A stretch of 64,000 nucleotides of DNA from Octopus vulgaris. Its lineage: Eukaryota. Of this stretch, positions 1 to 14,556 are shown piece after piece; within the stretch, counting starts at the first letter, position 1, and the number at the start of each line of letters is the position of its first letter. The translations under genes and the position numbers were made by a program. Under the pieces are notes generated by a model. That model worked only from the letters and a program-made list of their open reading frames with translations, ran no database searches and was not told where the DNA came from. Location of the stretch: positions 6,820,001-6,884,000 of the forward strand of contig OX597830.1 of NCBI GenBank assembly GCA_951406725.2. Direction: 5' to 3'.

Positions 1-477
1 GTATAGGTGTCAGTGGTAATATTGAATGTGTGATGCTGGTTGCACTGGTGGTGGTGGTGGTGGTGGGAGGTGATGGTTGCGGTGGGGGGTTTTCTTGTAG
101 TTTGCGTAGATGACAGCATTGTTTGTGGTACTCGTGGTTGAAGTGGTGTGGTAGTGAAGTTGTGGTGTGTGTGTGTGTGTATCTATATATGAGTGCATGT
201 GTGTGTGTTTATATATATACTTATATATATATATATATATATATACATGCATAAACACATATATTTATGCATACATATAAATATGTATGTATATATATAT
301 ATTCATATACATATACATACACACACACCCATATATATGCACATACATACGTTTATACATATTCCTTTATATATGTATCCAACTATCTATGGGTATATAT
401 TTCTATCTATATACGGGCGAATATATATGTATGCGTGTATATATATATATATGTGTGTGTATGTGTGAGTGTGTGTA

Positions 478-508
<31 letters not shown>

Positions 509-543
509 TGCATATACATATATATACATAATACACACACACG

Positions 544-596
<53 letters not shown>

Positions 597-925
597 GCAG
601 GGGTTGACTAGTTAAGCTCCGAGCAGGAACATGTGACTGGCGCCTCTGTTGACACTAGACTAAAGATGTCAGTTCTGTTGATAGCTCTTCATTGACATCA
701 CCACCGCTGCCGCCACCACCACAACAACAAGCACCACTTCTACAATAGCCGACACCACCACCACCACCACCACCGGTGTTCACCGCCGCCTTGGTGCACT
801 ATTTCTCTCCATACGCTTTGTAGGAAAGCATGTAGTTTGTTGTCTGTGTACTTAAAACTTGTGTGTTTTCTCCAGCTAACGTCGTTGTCGACATTTCTTC
901 AATACTGACACATACATGCATACAT

Positions 926-1016
<91 letters not shown>

Positions 1017-1063
1017 TGTGTATATATTTATAGGTACATTTATATATATATATTTATTTATAG

Positions 1064-1283
1064 AAGGTGGCGAGCTGGCAGAGACGTTAGCGCGCCGGGC
1101 GAAATGCGTAGCGGTGTTACGTTCAGAGTTCAAATTCCGCCGAGGTCGACTTTGCCTTTCATCCTTTCGGGGTCGATAAATTAAGTACCAGTTTCGCACT
1201 GGGGTCGATGTAATTGACTTAATCCGTTTGTCTGTCCTTGTTTGACCCCTCTGTGTTTAGCCCCTTGTGGGCAGCAATGAAAT
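1064..1283 (+). mobile_element. tRNA-derived SINE family 1 (Nin-like central domain), near full length
   Basis: Head AGGTGGCGAGCTGGCAGA...GAGTTCAAATTCC (A/B-box-like), core GCCTTTCATCCTTTCGGGGTCGATAAATTAAGTACCAG resembling the Nin domain, tail GCCCCTTGTGGGCA. Many related copies in the window (~1745-2120, 15921-16138, 22041-22266, 22763-23240 minus, 25915-26090 minus, 34140-34353 minus, 44910-45085, 48190-48310 minus). Confidence 0.8.
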
Positions 1284-3004
1284 GTATGTATGTATGTATG
1301 TATGTATGTATGTATGTATGTATGTACGTACGTACGTACGTACGTACGTATACACCTACTATGCGTGTATATATATACATACACGCGCGCACAGACACAG
1401 GCATGCTTCTCTGTTTATATCTCCAATCCTCACACTTCCTCGTTTAGAGGCTCTTTCTCTCTCTTATATCCATTCATCTCTATTCCCCTCTCTCTGTTTC
1501 TTTCTCGCATTTCTCCTCCTTTCCCTCTTTCTTTGTCTCTACACCTCCCCTTCCTCCTCCTGCTCTGTATTTGTCGTATCACTCCTAAATGTAGCGTGGG
1601 TCCACTATTAAAACCTTTAGGGTCTCCCTTTTATCCTGCTACAATGGAAGCCATCTTAGTATATTTAATTAAACTGTTATAATTGCGTCGACTAATTAAA
1701 TTTACTTTCATAGTTAATATTTCCAAAATACCAAAGCAACGACTGGCAACGACGGACAAGTTGCTTAGCGGTATTTCGTCTGCCGCTACGTTCTGAGTTC
1801 AAATTCCGCCGAGGCCTACTTTGCCTTTCATCCTTTCGGAGTGGATCAAATAAGTACCAGTTACGCACTGGGGTCGATATAATTGACTTAATCCGTTTGT
1901 CAGTCTTGTTTATCCTCTCTGTGTTTAGCCCCTTGTGGATAGTAAAGAAATAAGTATTTCGTCTGTCTCTACGTTCTGAGTTCAAATTCCACTGCGGTCT
2001 AGTTTGCCTTTCGTACTTTGGGGTGAGTAGAATAAGTACCAACTGAATACTGGGGTCGATGTAATCGATATACACCTTCCCCCGCATTTGCTGGCCTTGT
2101 GCCAAAATTTGAAACCGATATTTACAAATATTTATATCTTTACTAATTAAAGATTTATTTGATACCTTGTCGGGCCCGTATGCCTTATTCTTCAGTCTCT
2201 ACATTGATTGGTTTATCAAAACTACCACCACCACCATCCCGATTGCAATTGCCATAACCACTACCATCAGTACCACCACCAAACCATGACCACTGGCATC
2301 AACACCACAACTACAATCACATCGAAAAGCACCACCATCACTTACATGAGTAGCGTTCCCTATGCCACATGTTCAGAGCTAATTTGTACGAGTTTCTTCT
2401 CATTTCTTCTGCCAGTCTAAGACACCCTGGAATAAGGTCATCCTAGAGGCTATGCGAAAAGCCTTTTTGTTGCTCTCTGCCCTTTACATTTTGGGGTTTT
2501 CGCTGCACCCGGGTCATTTGGCAATCTTTTGACTCTTTATAAATTTCTGTTGCATGATATAACTTGTGCCTACTCTTGTATGATTATAGACATATACATG
2601 GCTGGTATGGTTGTAGACAATACAGCAAGAGGCGTATAGATATCATAAACTATATCTATTTATTCGCATAACGTAGTTGCGATCTTCGAGATTATGTGTC
2701 CATCATGCCTGTACCACGCTACGCTGCTCAACGAAGGACGAAGCAAGTACATCCGGTGTTATTTCTTATATTGTCTGTTCTGGATCGTGTCACTTTAATC
2801 ATTTCGTCCGTTATATGTTATTTATTTAATCCATTATTTATATGCATTAGACTTTATTTTCACATGTGTAAAATAAAGTTCCAATATAGATAAAGGTTGT
2901 TCATCAATTTTTTTATCCAGTCTGCAGAGAAATGGTTAATATTTGAACAGTTTATAATTATACCATATGTTACACACACACACACACACACATACACACA
3001 CACA

Positions 3005-3070
<66 letters not shown>

Positions 3071-3561
3071 CGATGGGCTTCTTTCAGTTTCTGTCTGCGA
3101 AATCCATTCACATGGCTTTGGTTGACTCCAGTAGAAGACACTTACTTGCCCAAGGTGCCATGCAGTGGGAAATAGCATGTAGTTGTAAAACAAGATTTTA
3201 ACCACGCAGCCACGTCTGCGCCAATATGCAAAAAATTAAAAGTATGTGTGTTTGCATAGTCAAAAGTGAAGGTGAATGTATCATACGCCAAAAAAAAAAT
3301 GTATTTCTAGAAAGTGAAAGTACTTGAGTATTTGTGCGTTCCTGGAAAATGACGGAAGAGCAAGTGTATTCAATAACGATAGAAGAGCTATGTATTGCAA
3401 AGTATCATACTACCAGCATTTCACTCTGATAATGAGACCCAGATCTTAAAATCTCAATTTACATAGAAATACTATTTTTAGAAACGACATATAAATGTTC
3501 AATGAGGCAACAAGAAAGAAATATGTTTTAAATACTTCATATGCGTATATATATATATGTA

Positions 3562-3642
<81 letters not shown>

Positions 3643-3644
<2 letters not shown>

Positions 3645-6600
3645 GGAGCAACGCTACATCTTCACCCTACAAACTACCACCCCACACGGACTTAACACAG
3701 CCCCCTCCTCTTGAGATCCGTTTTTTTTTTTTTTTTTTTGTGGACACACCACCCCCACACCCCCACCCACCTACCTCCCACACGCACACACCCACCCACC
3801 TACCTCCCACACACACCCACCCACCTACCTCCCACACGCCTGTTCACACACACACATACGTAGACCCATCTACGTACATAAATTCACACATTTAATCACA
3901 CACACTTACAGACATACTAGCACACACTAACATACAAACCAACATGCACATACACATACACATACATACATACGCACACACATACATACTTACACACACA
4001 CACACACACACAGACATACATACACACATACACACACACATACATACGCACATACATACACACACACTCACACACACACACCGCACGTACATACTTCACA
4101 CACACACACATGCACACATACATGTAGGCACATACATACATACATACCCACACATGCACACCCTTACACTGAATGCACACACACATACACCTTTTTGCAT
4201 CCAGGCAGCCCCCCCCTCTTTTCTGCTTTCCGGTTTTGGCTGATGGATCCTCGGTTCCCGCGTAGCGGGGCGTTCGAGGGCCTTTGCGCTCGCGCGCCTT
4301 GGCGCGCGCTGGGGGCTTGGTCGGCCCCTTGGGCTTGCGTTGTACTGCTTGTGCGTTGTGTGCGTGAGCGCGCTTCGTGTGTGTGGGCTTGCTTCGGATG
4401 TGCGCATGCGTATGTATGCATACATACCCACACACTCGCATGCATCCCTACCCACATACATACACGCACACCTACTCACACACACACATACACACACACA
4501 CATACCTGCACACACACACACATACATACATACACACACATACCTACTTCAGACATACACACACACAGACACACACACACATACACACGCTCACACGCAT
4601 ACACACACACACATACACACGCACACGTACACACACACACACACACACACACCTACATACATACATTACACTTGTATACACACACACTTACATTCATACA
4701 CACACACACCTACACAGCCATACCCTCACTCTGACACACACATCTACCTACACACACACACAAACACACACAGACACACACCCATACATACATACATCTA
4801 CACACACACGCCTACACACATACATACACACATACATAAACACACACACATACACATACACACACATACGCACACACACATATACTTATACACATGCACA
4901 CACACACATACATACATACACCCATATACATACACACACACATACCTACATACTCCTATACGCACATACATACACACAGACATACACACTCACACAAACA
5001 TACACACACACATACTTACACACACACTCACCTGCACGCGCACACACATGCATGACAAACACCCATACACTCACACTCACATACGCACACACCAACATAA
5101 ACACGCACACGCACACACACACCTACACTCCCACACACATACACACGCACCTACATACATACACGCACGCATACACACGCATACACACATACATTACACA
5201 CGTACACACACACCTACATACACATGCATACACACACACACACACAAACATGCACGGACACACCCAGGCATACACACATACACCTATATACACACGCCCA
5301 CACACCTACATACACACACATATACACACGCCCACACACCTACATACACACACATACATACACACACATACACGGACACACCCATACATACTTACATACA
5401 TACACCTATACACACACGCCTACACACCTACATACACACACATGCATACACACACACATGTACGCACATACACACACATATACGCACATACATATATACC
5501 CACACACATGCACACACACACACATACGCACATGCATGCATGCATGCACACGCGCACACCTACACGCATACACACACACACACGCACGTACACATACATA
5601 CACACACGCATACATACACCCATACACATACATGCATCCTACACACACATACATACACACTCACACATACATACACACACACACACTCACTCACACACCT
5701 GTATGTACGCGCACACACATGCACATACACACACTTCCCCACACCCACACGTACATACATGCACACTCATACACATACACAAACACACACACACACACGG
5801 ACATACATCTATGCACACACATACATACACACATACTCACATACATTCATCGGACACACTGCCACCCAGACATACACACAGACACACTCACACATCCACA
5901 CACATACATACTTACGTGCATACTCGCAGGCGCGCGCACACACGCGCTTGCGCCGGTTCGCGCACGCATACTCGCCGCATGCACCTCGCTCTTGGACCCG
6001 ACGAGACCTGCCGCCCGTTCCTGGGACCGTCGCGTGTCGTTGGGTTTTCCCACGCCCGTCTCCGCGGGACCACTCTTCCATCTTCCCCTCAGCTGGAGTC
6101 CTTTTTTCTTAACCCCCCCCCTTTTTCGTTACACACACGCGCACACATATACACACATTGCTTAAATATATACATTACTCTTACACACATTCAATCTACT
6201 CGCCATTAATACCACCACGACACTGGACACACACACACACTACTACTCAACACACGCTGGCACGCTACATACGCCCCCACCCCTTCTCCCCCCTCCCTTC
6301 CTCCTTCCTTCTTTTTCTTACTACTGACCTTGTCTGCTAAGCTGACCACTGTCTCGCCCTACCTCACACGCCTACACACAGACGCACACACTAACACACA
6401 CATATATTTTTTTGTTTTTTTATCTCGCCTCACACACACACACATACACACACGCACACGCACACACTCACACATACACACACATCTGTTGCGTTACCAA
6501 GCTTGTCTCCACTCTTTTGCCTTTAAAAACCTACTTTGCTCTTGTTATCGTAAACATCCGCCTTTCACCATGTGCAACTCGTAAACACCAGTCGTTTTTT

Positions 6601-6778
6601 TTCTCTTTCCCTGTTGCCCGCTCTGGGATCTTTCTTTCCTCTCTCTTCCTTCTTTATGTTTCCGACGAAGAGCTCCGCTCGAAACGTCATACCTCCCTGC
6701 TTCCATTTCCTGAGCGCCTATTAATAATAATACTGTAATTGTTCCATTGTTGTTGTTTTTTTGTTTCCCGTTTGGATT

Positions 6779-6780
<2 letters not shown>
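3643..6780 (+). mobile_element. 5'-truncated Penelope-like element (Neptune-type): last 23 codons of the GIY-YIG ORF plus ~3-kb CA-rich 3' UTR ending in an HHR-bearing terminus
   Basis: 3643-3714 translates MEQRYIFTLQTTTPHGLNTAPSS*, matching the PLE GIY-YIG C-terminal motif E..(W/Y)IF.L.T..P.GLN. Minimal HHR at 6658-6692. Terminus GTTTGGATTAA followed by (AT)n, shared with copies at ~41905-41980, 45440-45660 (minus) and 50470-50690. Continuity of the whole 3.1 kb as one element is inferred. Confidence 0.65.
6658..6692 (+). ncRNA. minimal type I hammerhead ribozyme (PLE-associated, U4C core)
   Basis: gttt CCGACGA A GAGC-tcc-GCTC GAAAC GT C atac: core, 4-bp stem II, palindromic ACGT stem III (dimer-type) and short stem I. 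Confidence 0.6.
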
Positions 6781-6846
<66 letters not shown>

Positions 6847-6847
6847 G

Positions 6848-6886
<39 letters not shown>

Positions 6887-6990
6887 ATATACATAGACAT
6901 ATATATAAGGATAGATTTACACATACAAACACACACGCGTGCACACACACATGCACATACACACACATACACACACACATACACACACAT

Positions 6991-7037
<47 letters not shown>

Positions 7038-7080
7038 CAGATAGGTCTGTATATAGATAGATAAATAAGAAAACAGTAGC

Positions 7081-7157
<77 letters not shown>

Positions 7158-7158
7158 A

Positions 7159-7195
<37 letters not shown>

Positions 7196-7873
7196 CACAG
7201 AGACTTATACGTAAAAGGTGTAAAGAATACTAAACTACTTAGACAAAATAACAAACAAAATAATGAAGCCAATGACAGATAACTCCTGCTTTTATGGTTG
7301 TCCTGTTGAGTCCTACTTTTCCTTAATTACCATCTTGTCCTGCCTCTCTCTCTCTTCTTTTCTCCCTTCTCTCATTTTTCTCTTTCTTTTTTTCCCCCCA
7401 CTCTTTCATCTCTGCATTTCGCCCATTCTCTTGTCTCTTTGTCCCACTTTAACCTCTCTGCACGTGGCTTCCTTTCTACTTCCCTCCCAAAATACTTACG
7501 AAATGTCTCGCCATCTGTCCAACATCAAACATTACTTCTCAATAACATAATGTGATAAAGTCTTCCCTGATGAACCTTTGTGCTTGAAAATCGAATGCAA
7601 ACTTCCAAAATACCACAATGGGGAAACATACGTAGAAATATATTATATAATCTGGTGTTAATCGCCATTTTTGCAAGCATTTGTTCGGATTTCCATAACT
7701 ATTAATATTACTAAACATACTATGGTTAGCAACTATACTGAAAGAAGACGGGAGCAGTAAAATTATTAGTAACAGATTTACATATATACATATAAATACA
7801 CACACACACATATATGTGTGTGGGTGTAGCAGTATATATATACACACACACACAAACATATATATATATATAT

Positions 7874-7976
7874 AATTAATCAAAGGACATATTAAATATA
7901 TCTACCAGCTGGAAATAACAGTCAAAAATCTATTTCCAGTAGGTAGACATATACTTAGTATGTTCTTTGATTAATT
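7874..7976. repeat. ~100-nt imperfect fold-back (MITE remnant or pre-miRNA-like hairpin)
   Basis: AATTAATCAAAGGACATATTAAATATATCTACCAGCTGGAAATA pairs with TATTTCCAGTAGGTAGACATATACTTAGTATGTTCTTTGATTAATT around a 13-nt loop. Confidence 0.7.
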
Positions 7977-8566
7977 TTAATCCTTCAGCTATTTAGTGGG
8001 GGTTTTCTGGGGGAATGGGGGGGGCTGCAATTACCTATGTTATTGATTCTGTTATTATCATTTTTAAATTGTTACACTAGATAATAACAAAGTCAATGGT
8101 ATCTTCGCAAATTATTTTTGGCGAATTATTTTTTCTCGTAAATTATTTGCTCCGTATTGAAATTATATATATATATGTGTGTCTGTGTGTATGTGTGTGT
8201 AAGCATGTATGTACGTATATATATCATAAAACGTAATATGTGTTACATCAGTTACGGTGGAAAGGAAGACTAACACAACAAGTGGTGTGGGAGTGGGTGA
8301 CAGTCAGTGACGCTGAAAAACTTCAAAGGTTTCGCTCGGTAGACGCTGATATCTTAATCAAAAATAAAACTGAAAAATTCTACCGTAAATTGTATTTAGT
8401 TATCAGTTTCACACACACACGAATATATATGTGAAAGGAATTATTAAACAATCTTCTCTCCGCAAACGCGCAAGCGCACACGCAAACATTCACGCAAACA
8501 CAAACACACAAATTCAGATACAGGTTTTTGCATGCATGTATGTATGTATGTATGTATGTATATACG

Positions 8567-8600
<34 letters not shown>

Positions 8601-8610
8601 TGTATGTATG

Positions 8611-9162
8611 TCAGGTCACTTTCGAGTGCTACTGGTAACATGTAACCCAGTACAACCTGTTGCATGGGCAGGTCGTCGGCGCCTAAACTGGCAACCCCAC
8701 CAAGCTTGCTTGGTGAGGAGGGTGTTTATTGGACACCCTGCGGGATGAAAAACAACACCCGTCAAAGGGCGGAGGAACTCTTGAGATCCAACGGCCATCC
8801 AATAAATGCCTTAAGGCCGTATCATGCGCGGGGACATAGAAATAATCGGAATGAATACTCGATCGCGCGATTAAAACATTGGGAGTGAAGGACTCCTAGC
8901 CTTTGTTAGGGCATCCTTCTAGGAGAAGGTAACTCAGGTAACTGGAATAACTCCGACATAAAACCTGCGGCTCAGTAGTTACCGATGATGTTGACTTGTT
9001 CTTCTTTTCGGATTATGGTTGCTGTTGCTTAGTGAGTGGGATTGACTCTGTGCACAGCCTTTCCTCACTTTAAAAAAGATCTTCTTGAACAGGCATTGCA
9101 CGATAACAACATTGATTAAGCTTCGTGCAGTGGCCATACTCGATAACGAGGGGGCAGCCACC
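8611..9162 (+). mobile_element. non-autonomous RTE-derived element embedded in (ATGT)n
   Basis: Complex 550-bp insert flanked by ATGT repeats on both sides. Contains GGGCATCCTTCTAGGAGAAGGTAACTC, resembling the conserved RTE 5'-region motif. No ORF. Confidence 0.5.
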
Positions 9163-10562
9163 ATGTATGTATGTATTTATGTGAAGAAAAATAGAACTCT
9201 TTAAATTTGTACACCGGGCAAAATGCTTACCGGCATCCTCCTTAACGGCATCCTCCCGTAGTCTTTAAAATAAGCCCCTCTTAAACATTGGGGGTCTATG
9301 TAATCGACCTACACCCTCCTCTGAAATACCTGGCCTGGTGCTAGAATTTGAAATCAATACATATGTACGTAGCCACAATCATACACACGCACATACATAT
9401 ATATAAGTAAATACACACACAGTTCAAATTTCGCCGGGGTTAGCTTTGTCTTTCATCCTTTCGCTGGTCGATAAAGCAAGTACCAGTTGTGTACTGGGAT
9501 CGATATTGCTGGCCTTGTGCCAAAATATAAAATCGATATAAGAGGGTTATAGCCTGAAAGAAGCTGCATCTTAATATTATGTAGGTTTATACAAGTAATG
9601 CGGCAAAAGGTGCCAACCCGATACGCCTACCACTACCGCCCTCACGTTTCTCCCTTCCCATAATATATTTGTCATAAGCTCCCTCATTCTTTCTCTTTTC
9701 TTTTTCTTCCCCTCCGTCACCTTATCCTTATCACCATATCCAGCACCACCATCATCATCATCATCATCATCATCATCATTACAATCATTATCATCATCAT
9801 CATCACCATCATCATCATCAACATCATCATGAACGGTTCTACATCTATGCACTTACTTAATAAGCGAGGAAGTCACAAATTTAATCCTGCGACCTACTTA
9901 AATATTACACAGCACTGAATATGTTACTGTTGTTGTTGTTGTTATAGTTGTATGTGGTCGAGCAGAAATACCCAGCTTGATAAACGAATGGGCACCACTG
10001 TGTCTAATACTAATCCTTTGGATAATACAGCTAGGATGGGTGGAGATAATCGTGGCTAAAACCGCAACAAAAAGAGAGAAGAAAGACTGGAAATGTCGAA
10101 TCAAATATGAAGGCTGGACGAAACCCAACACACGAGATTTGCAAGAGAAGGTGCCGATCGATACATACACACACACACGCACGCACACACACGCACACAC
10201 ACAAACACACACACACACATACGTATACACACACACACACACGCAAACGCGCATACACGCTGATACGCACGCCAGCTTATAGATACACCCGCATACATCT
10301 TTTATCTTTTTGTCTACTTGTTTGAGGGATTAGACTGCGGCCATGCTGTGGCTCTACTTTGAAGGGTTTCAGTCGAATGCATTGCCTACCCACCCCCACC
10401 AGTACTTATTCTCAAGTTTGGTACTTATGCTATTGTATTCTTTTGCTAGACTACAAAGTTGCGGGGGCCTTGTGCAAACTATTACCGGTTACCAAGTACT
10501 TGGAGAAACACAACCACAACCACAAACATACGCAAACATATCATATACATATATACATACAC

Positions 10563-10669
<107 letters not shown>

Positions 10670-10935
10670 TGTTTCTTTATTAGCCACACATGGGTGAACA
10701 CAGACGGGACAAATTATAAAGTAGAGCTTTTCTTTTTTGGGAGGAAAAAAAAGTGGGGTAGAAAATAATCGATCAATAGGGATTGTGTATCACAGAAATG
10801 TCATGATGTAAAATGTAAGGGGGGAAGCAGATAAGCTTTATTCGTGGAAAGAAAAGCCTACGGAAAAGACCATGGTAACCTCGGTCAATAATGTCACATG
10901 TTAACACATTTATTTGCAAGTAAGTCACCCTCTGT
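10670..10935 (-). mobile_element. 3' UTR fragment of a LINE sharing its tail with SINE family 1, abutting (TAGA)n
   Basis: Reverse complement ends TTGTCCCGTCTGTGTTCACCCATGTGTGGCTAATAAAGAAAC, compared with the SINE1 tail TTG.CCCCTCTGTGTTTAGCCCCTTGTGG..A.TAAAGAAAT. Confidence 0.5.
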
Positions 10936-11317
10936 TTTAAATTTTTCCGGGTTCATAGGTCATATGCGCAGCGGTTGAATCCGCCGGGCATAACACCCTT
11001 TGAGGGTCCCTATAAAATGTTGTTGTTAAAATCCGAATAAAAGGATTTTATGGACATCGAATGGCTATGGAGGTTCAGTAAAAAAATTCGAATCGAAGGG
11101 ATCCATAGGCAAAAAATATGGTTGAGAATCGGTAATGCAGAGGGTCATTTATTCTGAAAATCTTAGTTTATCCATTGTTGTTTGGGTATTTTACTCACAA
11201 TACCAAGAGCAGCCGTAGTTGTTCGTATAATATGAGAATATAAACTTTCTTCGGCATAATACAATTACTACTCCCATTAGTAATAATAATGATAATAATA
11301 ATAATAATAATAAATAT

Positions 11318-11397
<80 letters not shown>

Positions 11398-11440
11398 TAA
11401 TAATAACAATAACAATAACAATAACAACAATAATAATAAT

Positions 11441-11500
11441 AGGCACACAGAGCTGCGCTCGGTAGTGAAGTGAAAGCACGCTATAAAAATAAAACTACTG
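11441..11500 (+). mobile_element. R4/Dong-like family A, 60-bp extreme 3' fragment in (TAA)n
   Basis: Matches the 3' end of the copies at 11551-12095 and 62373-63538. Confidence 0.85.
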
Positions 11501-11507
11501 AATAATG

Positions 11508-11550
<43 letters not shown>

Positions 11551-11551
<1 letters not shown>

Positions 11552-12092
11552 TAATGCCAACTTATGGAATAACAACAGAAAAAAGATGGTATAGGCACAC
11601 ACCAGAAAAGGTCACAGAAAACGAGAAAGGAACCATACTCTGAGATATGTCAATACACACAGATAGAGAAATTAAGGCCAACAGACTAGATATAGTTGTC
11701 AGAGATCATGAAGAAAGAAATGTTTTCTAATTGATGTATCAATACCGGCAGATGACAACGTGTCTCTAAAAGAAATGGAGAAACTTTCAAAATACAAAGA
11801 CCTGGAAATAGAGCTAACCAGAATGTGGAATCTAAAAACAGAAACAATTCCTATCATAGTAGGTGCATTAGGCATGATAAAAAATATTCAGACAAATATA
11901 TAACAAAAACACCAGGAATTACAAACACATATAACATACAGAAAATTGCACTACTAGGCACTGCACACATCCTACGCAGAACACTTTCCATACAATAACC
12001 ATCAGAGCATCACAACAAATCACAGCACATACCCAAGGCACACAGAGCTGCGCTCGGTAGTGAAGTGAAAGCACGATATAAAAAATATACTA

Positions 12093-12095
<3 letters not shown>
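11551..12095 (+). mobile_element. R4/Dong-like RLE non-LTR retrotransposon family A, 5'-truncated, decayed
   Basis: Encodes RLE remnants (..DIVVRDHEE..FLIDVSIPADDNVSLKEMEKLSKYKDLEIE..IPIIVGALG). Flanked by (TAA)n. Homologous to 62373-63538. Confidence 0.9.
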
Positions 12096-12179
<84 letters not shown>

Positions 12180-12180
12180 T

Positions 12181-13971
<1,791 letters not shown>

Positions 13972-14091
13972 AATAATAATAATAATAATAATAATGATAA
14001 TAATAATAATAATTTTGAAGTGATGAACGAATATATGGTGCGCGTGTTTATTTGACAAAAAAGAAAAAAAATGACCATGCCGAAACCTAAC

Positions 14092-14134
<43 letters not shown>

Positions 14135-14135
<1 letters not shown>

Positions 14136-14411
14136 GGCGAGAGACATGAGAGATTAGCTTGGGAAGTTAAGCAGTTGTGGTCAATGAAAAAGGTAGTAGT
14201 AGTACCAATAATTGTCGGATCCCTGGGAACAGTGAGCAAAAATCTTGAGAAGTACATGCAACCAATAGGTGCTGCAATAAGGGTGGAGCACTTGCAGAAA
14301 ACAACACTGCTTGGAACCGCTCGAATACTCCGGAAGGTGCTCGAAAAATAAGATGTGTTATCTTAGTTCACTGGTAGTGAACAGCTGACACCGTAGAAGC
14401 GGTGCAAAATC
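14135..14411 (+). mobile_element. R4/Dong-like family D, 3' fragment
   Basis: Translates LAWEVKQLWSMKKVVVVPIIVGSLGTVSKNLEKYMQPIGAAIRVEHLQKTTLLGTARILRKVLEK*, a typical RLE C-terminus. Flanked by (TAA)n. Confidence 0.85.
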
Positions 14412-14457
14412 AATAAATAATAATAATGATAATAAAATATTAACAATGTTATTGTCT

Positions 14458-14556
<99 letters not shown>

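Noticed and set aside
2725-2815. Degenerate HHR-like GGACGAA...TTCGTCC stem
   Set aside because: Neither the CUGANGA nor the GAAA box is intact.
4340-6209. 590-610 aa His/Thr-rich ORFs
   Set aside because: Translations of degenerate CA repeat, open in several frames simply because stop codons are absent.
9977-10160. ORF with a hydrophobic N-terminus
   Set aside because: Non-ATG start, runs into CA repeat, no recognisable domain.
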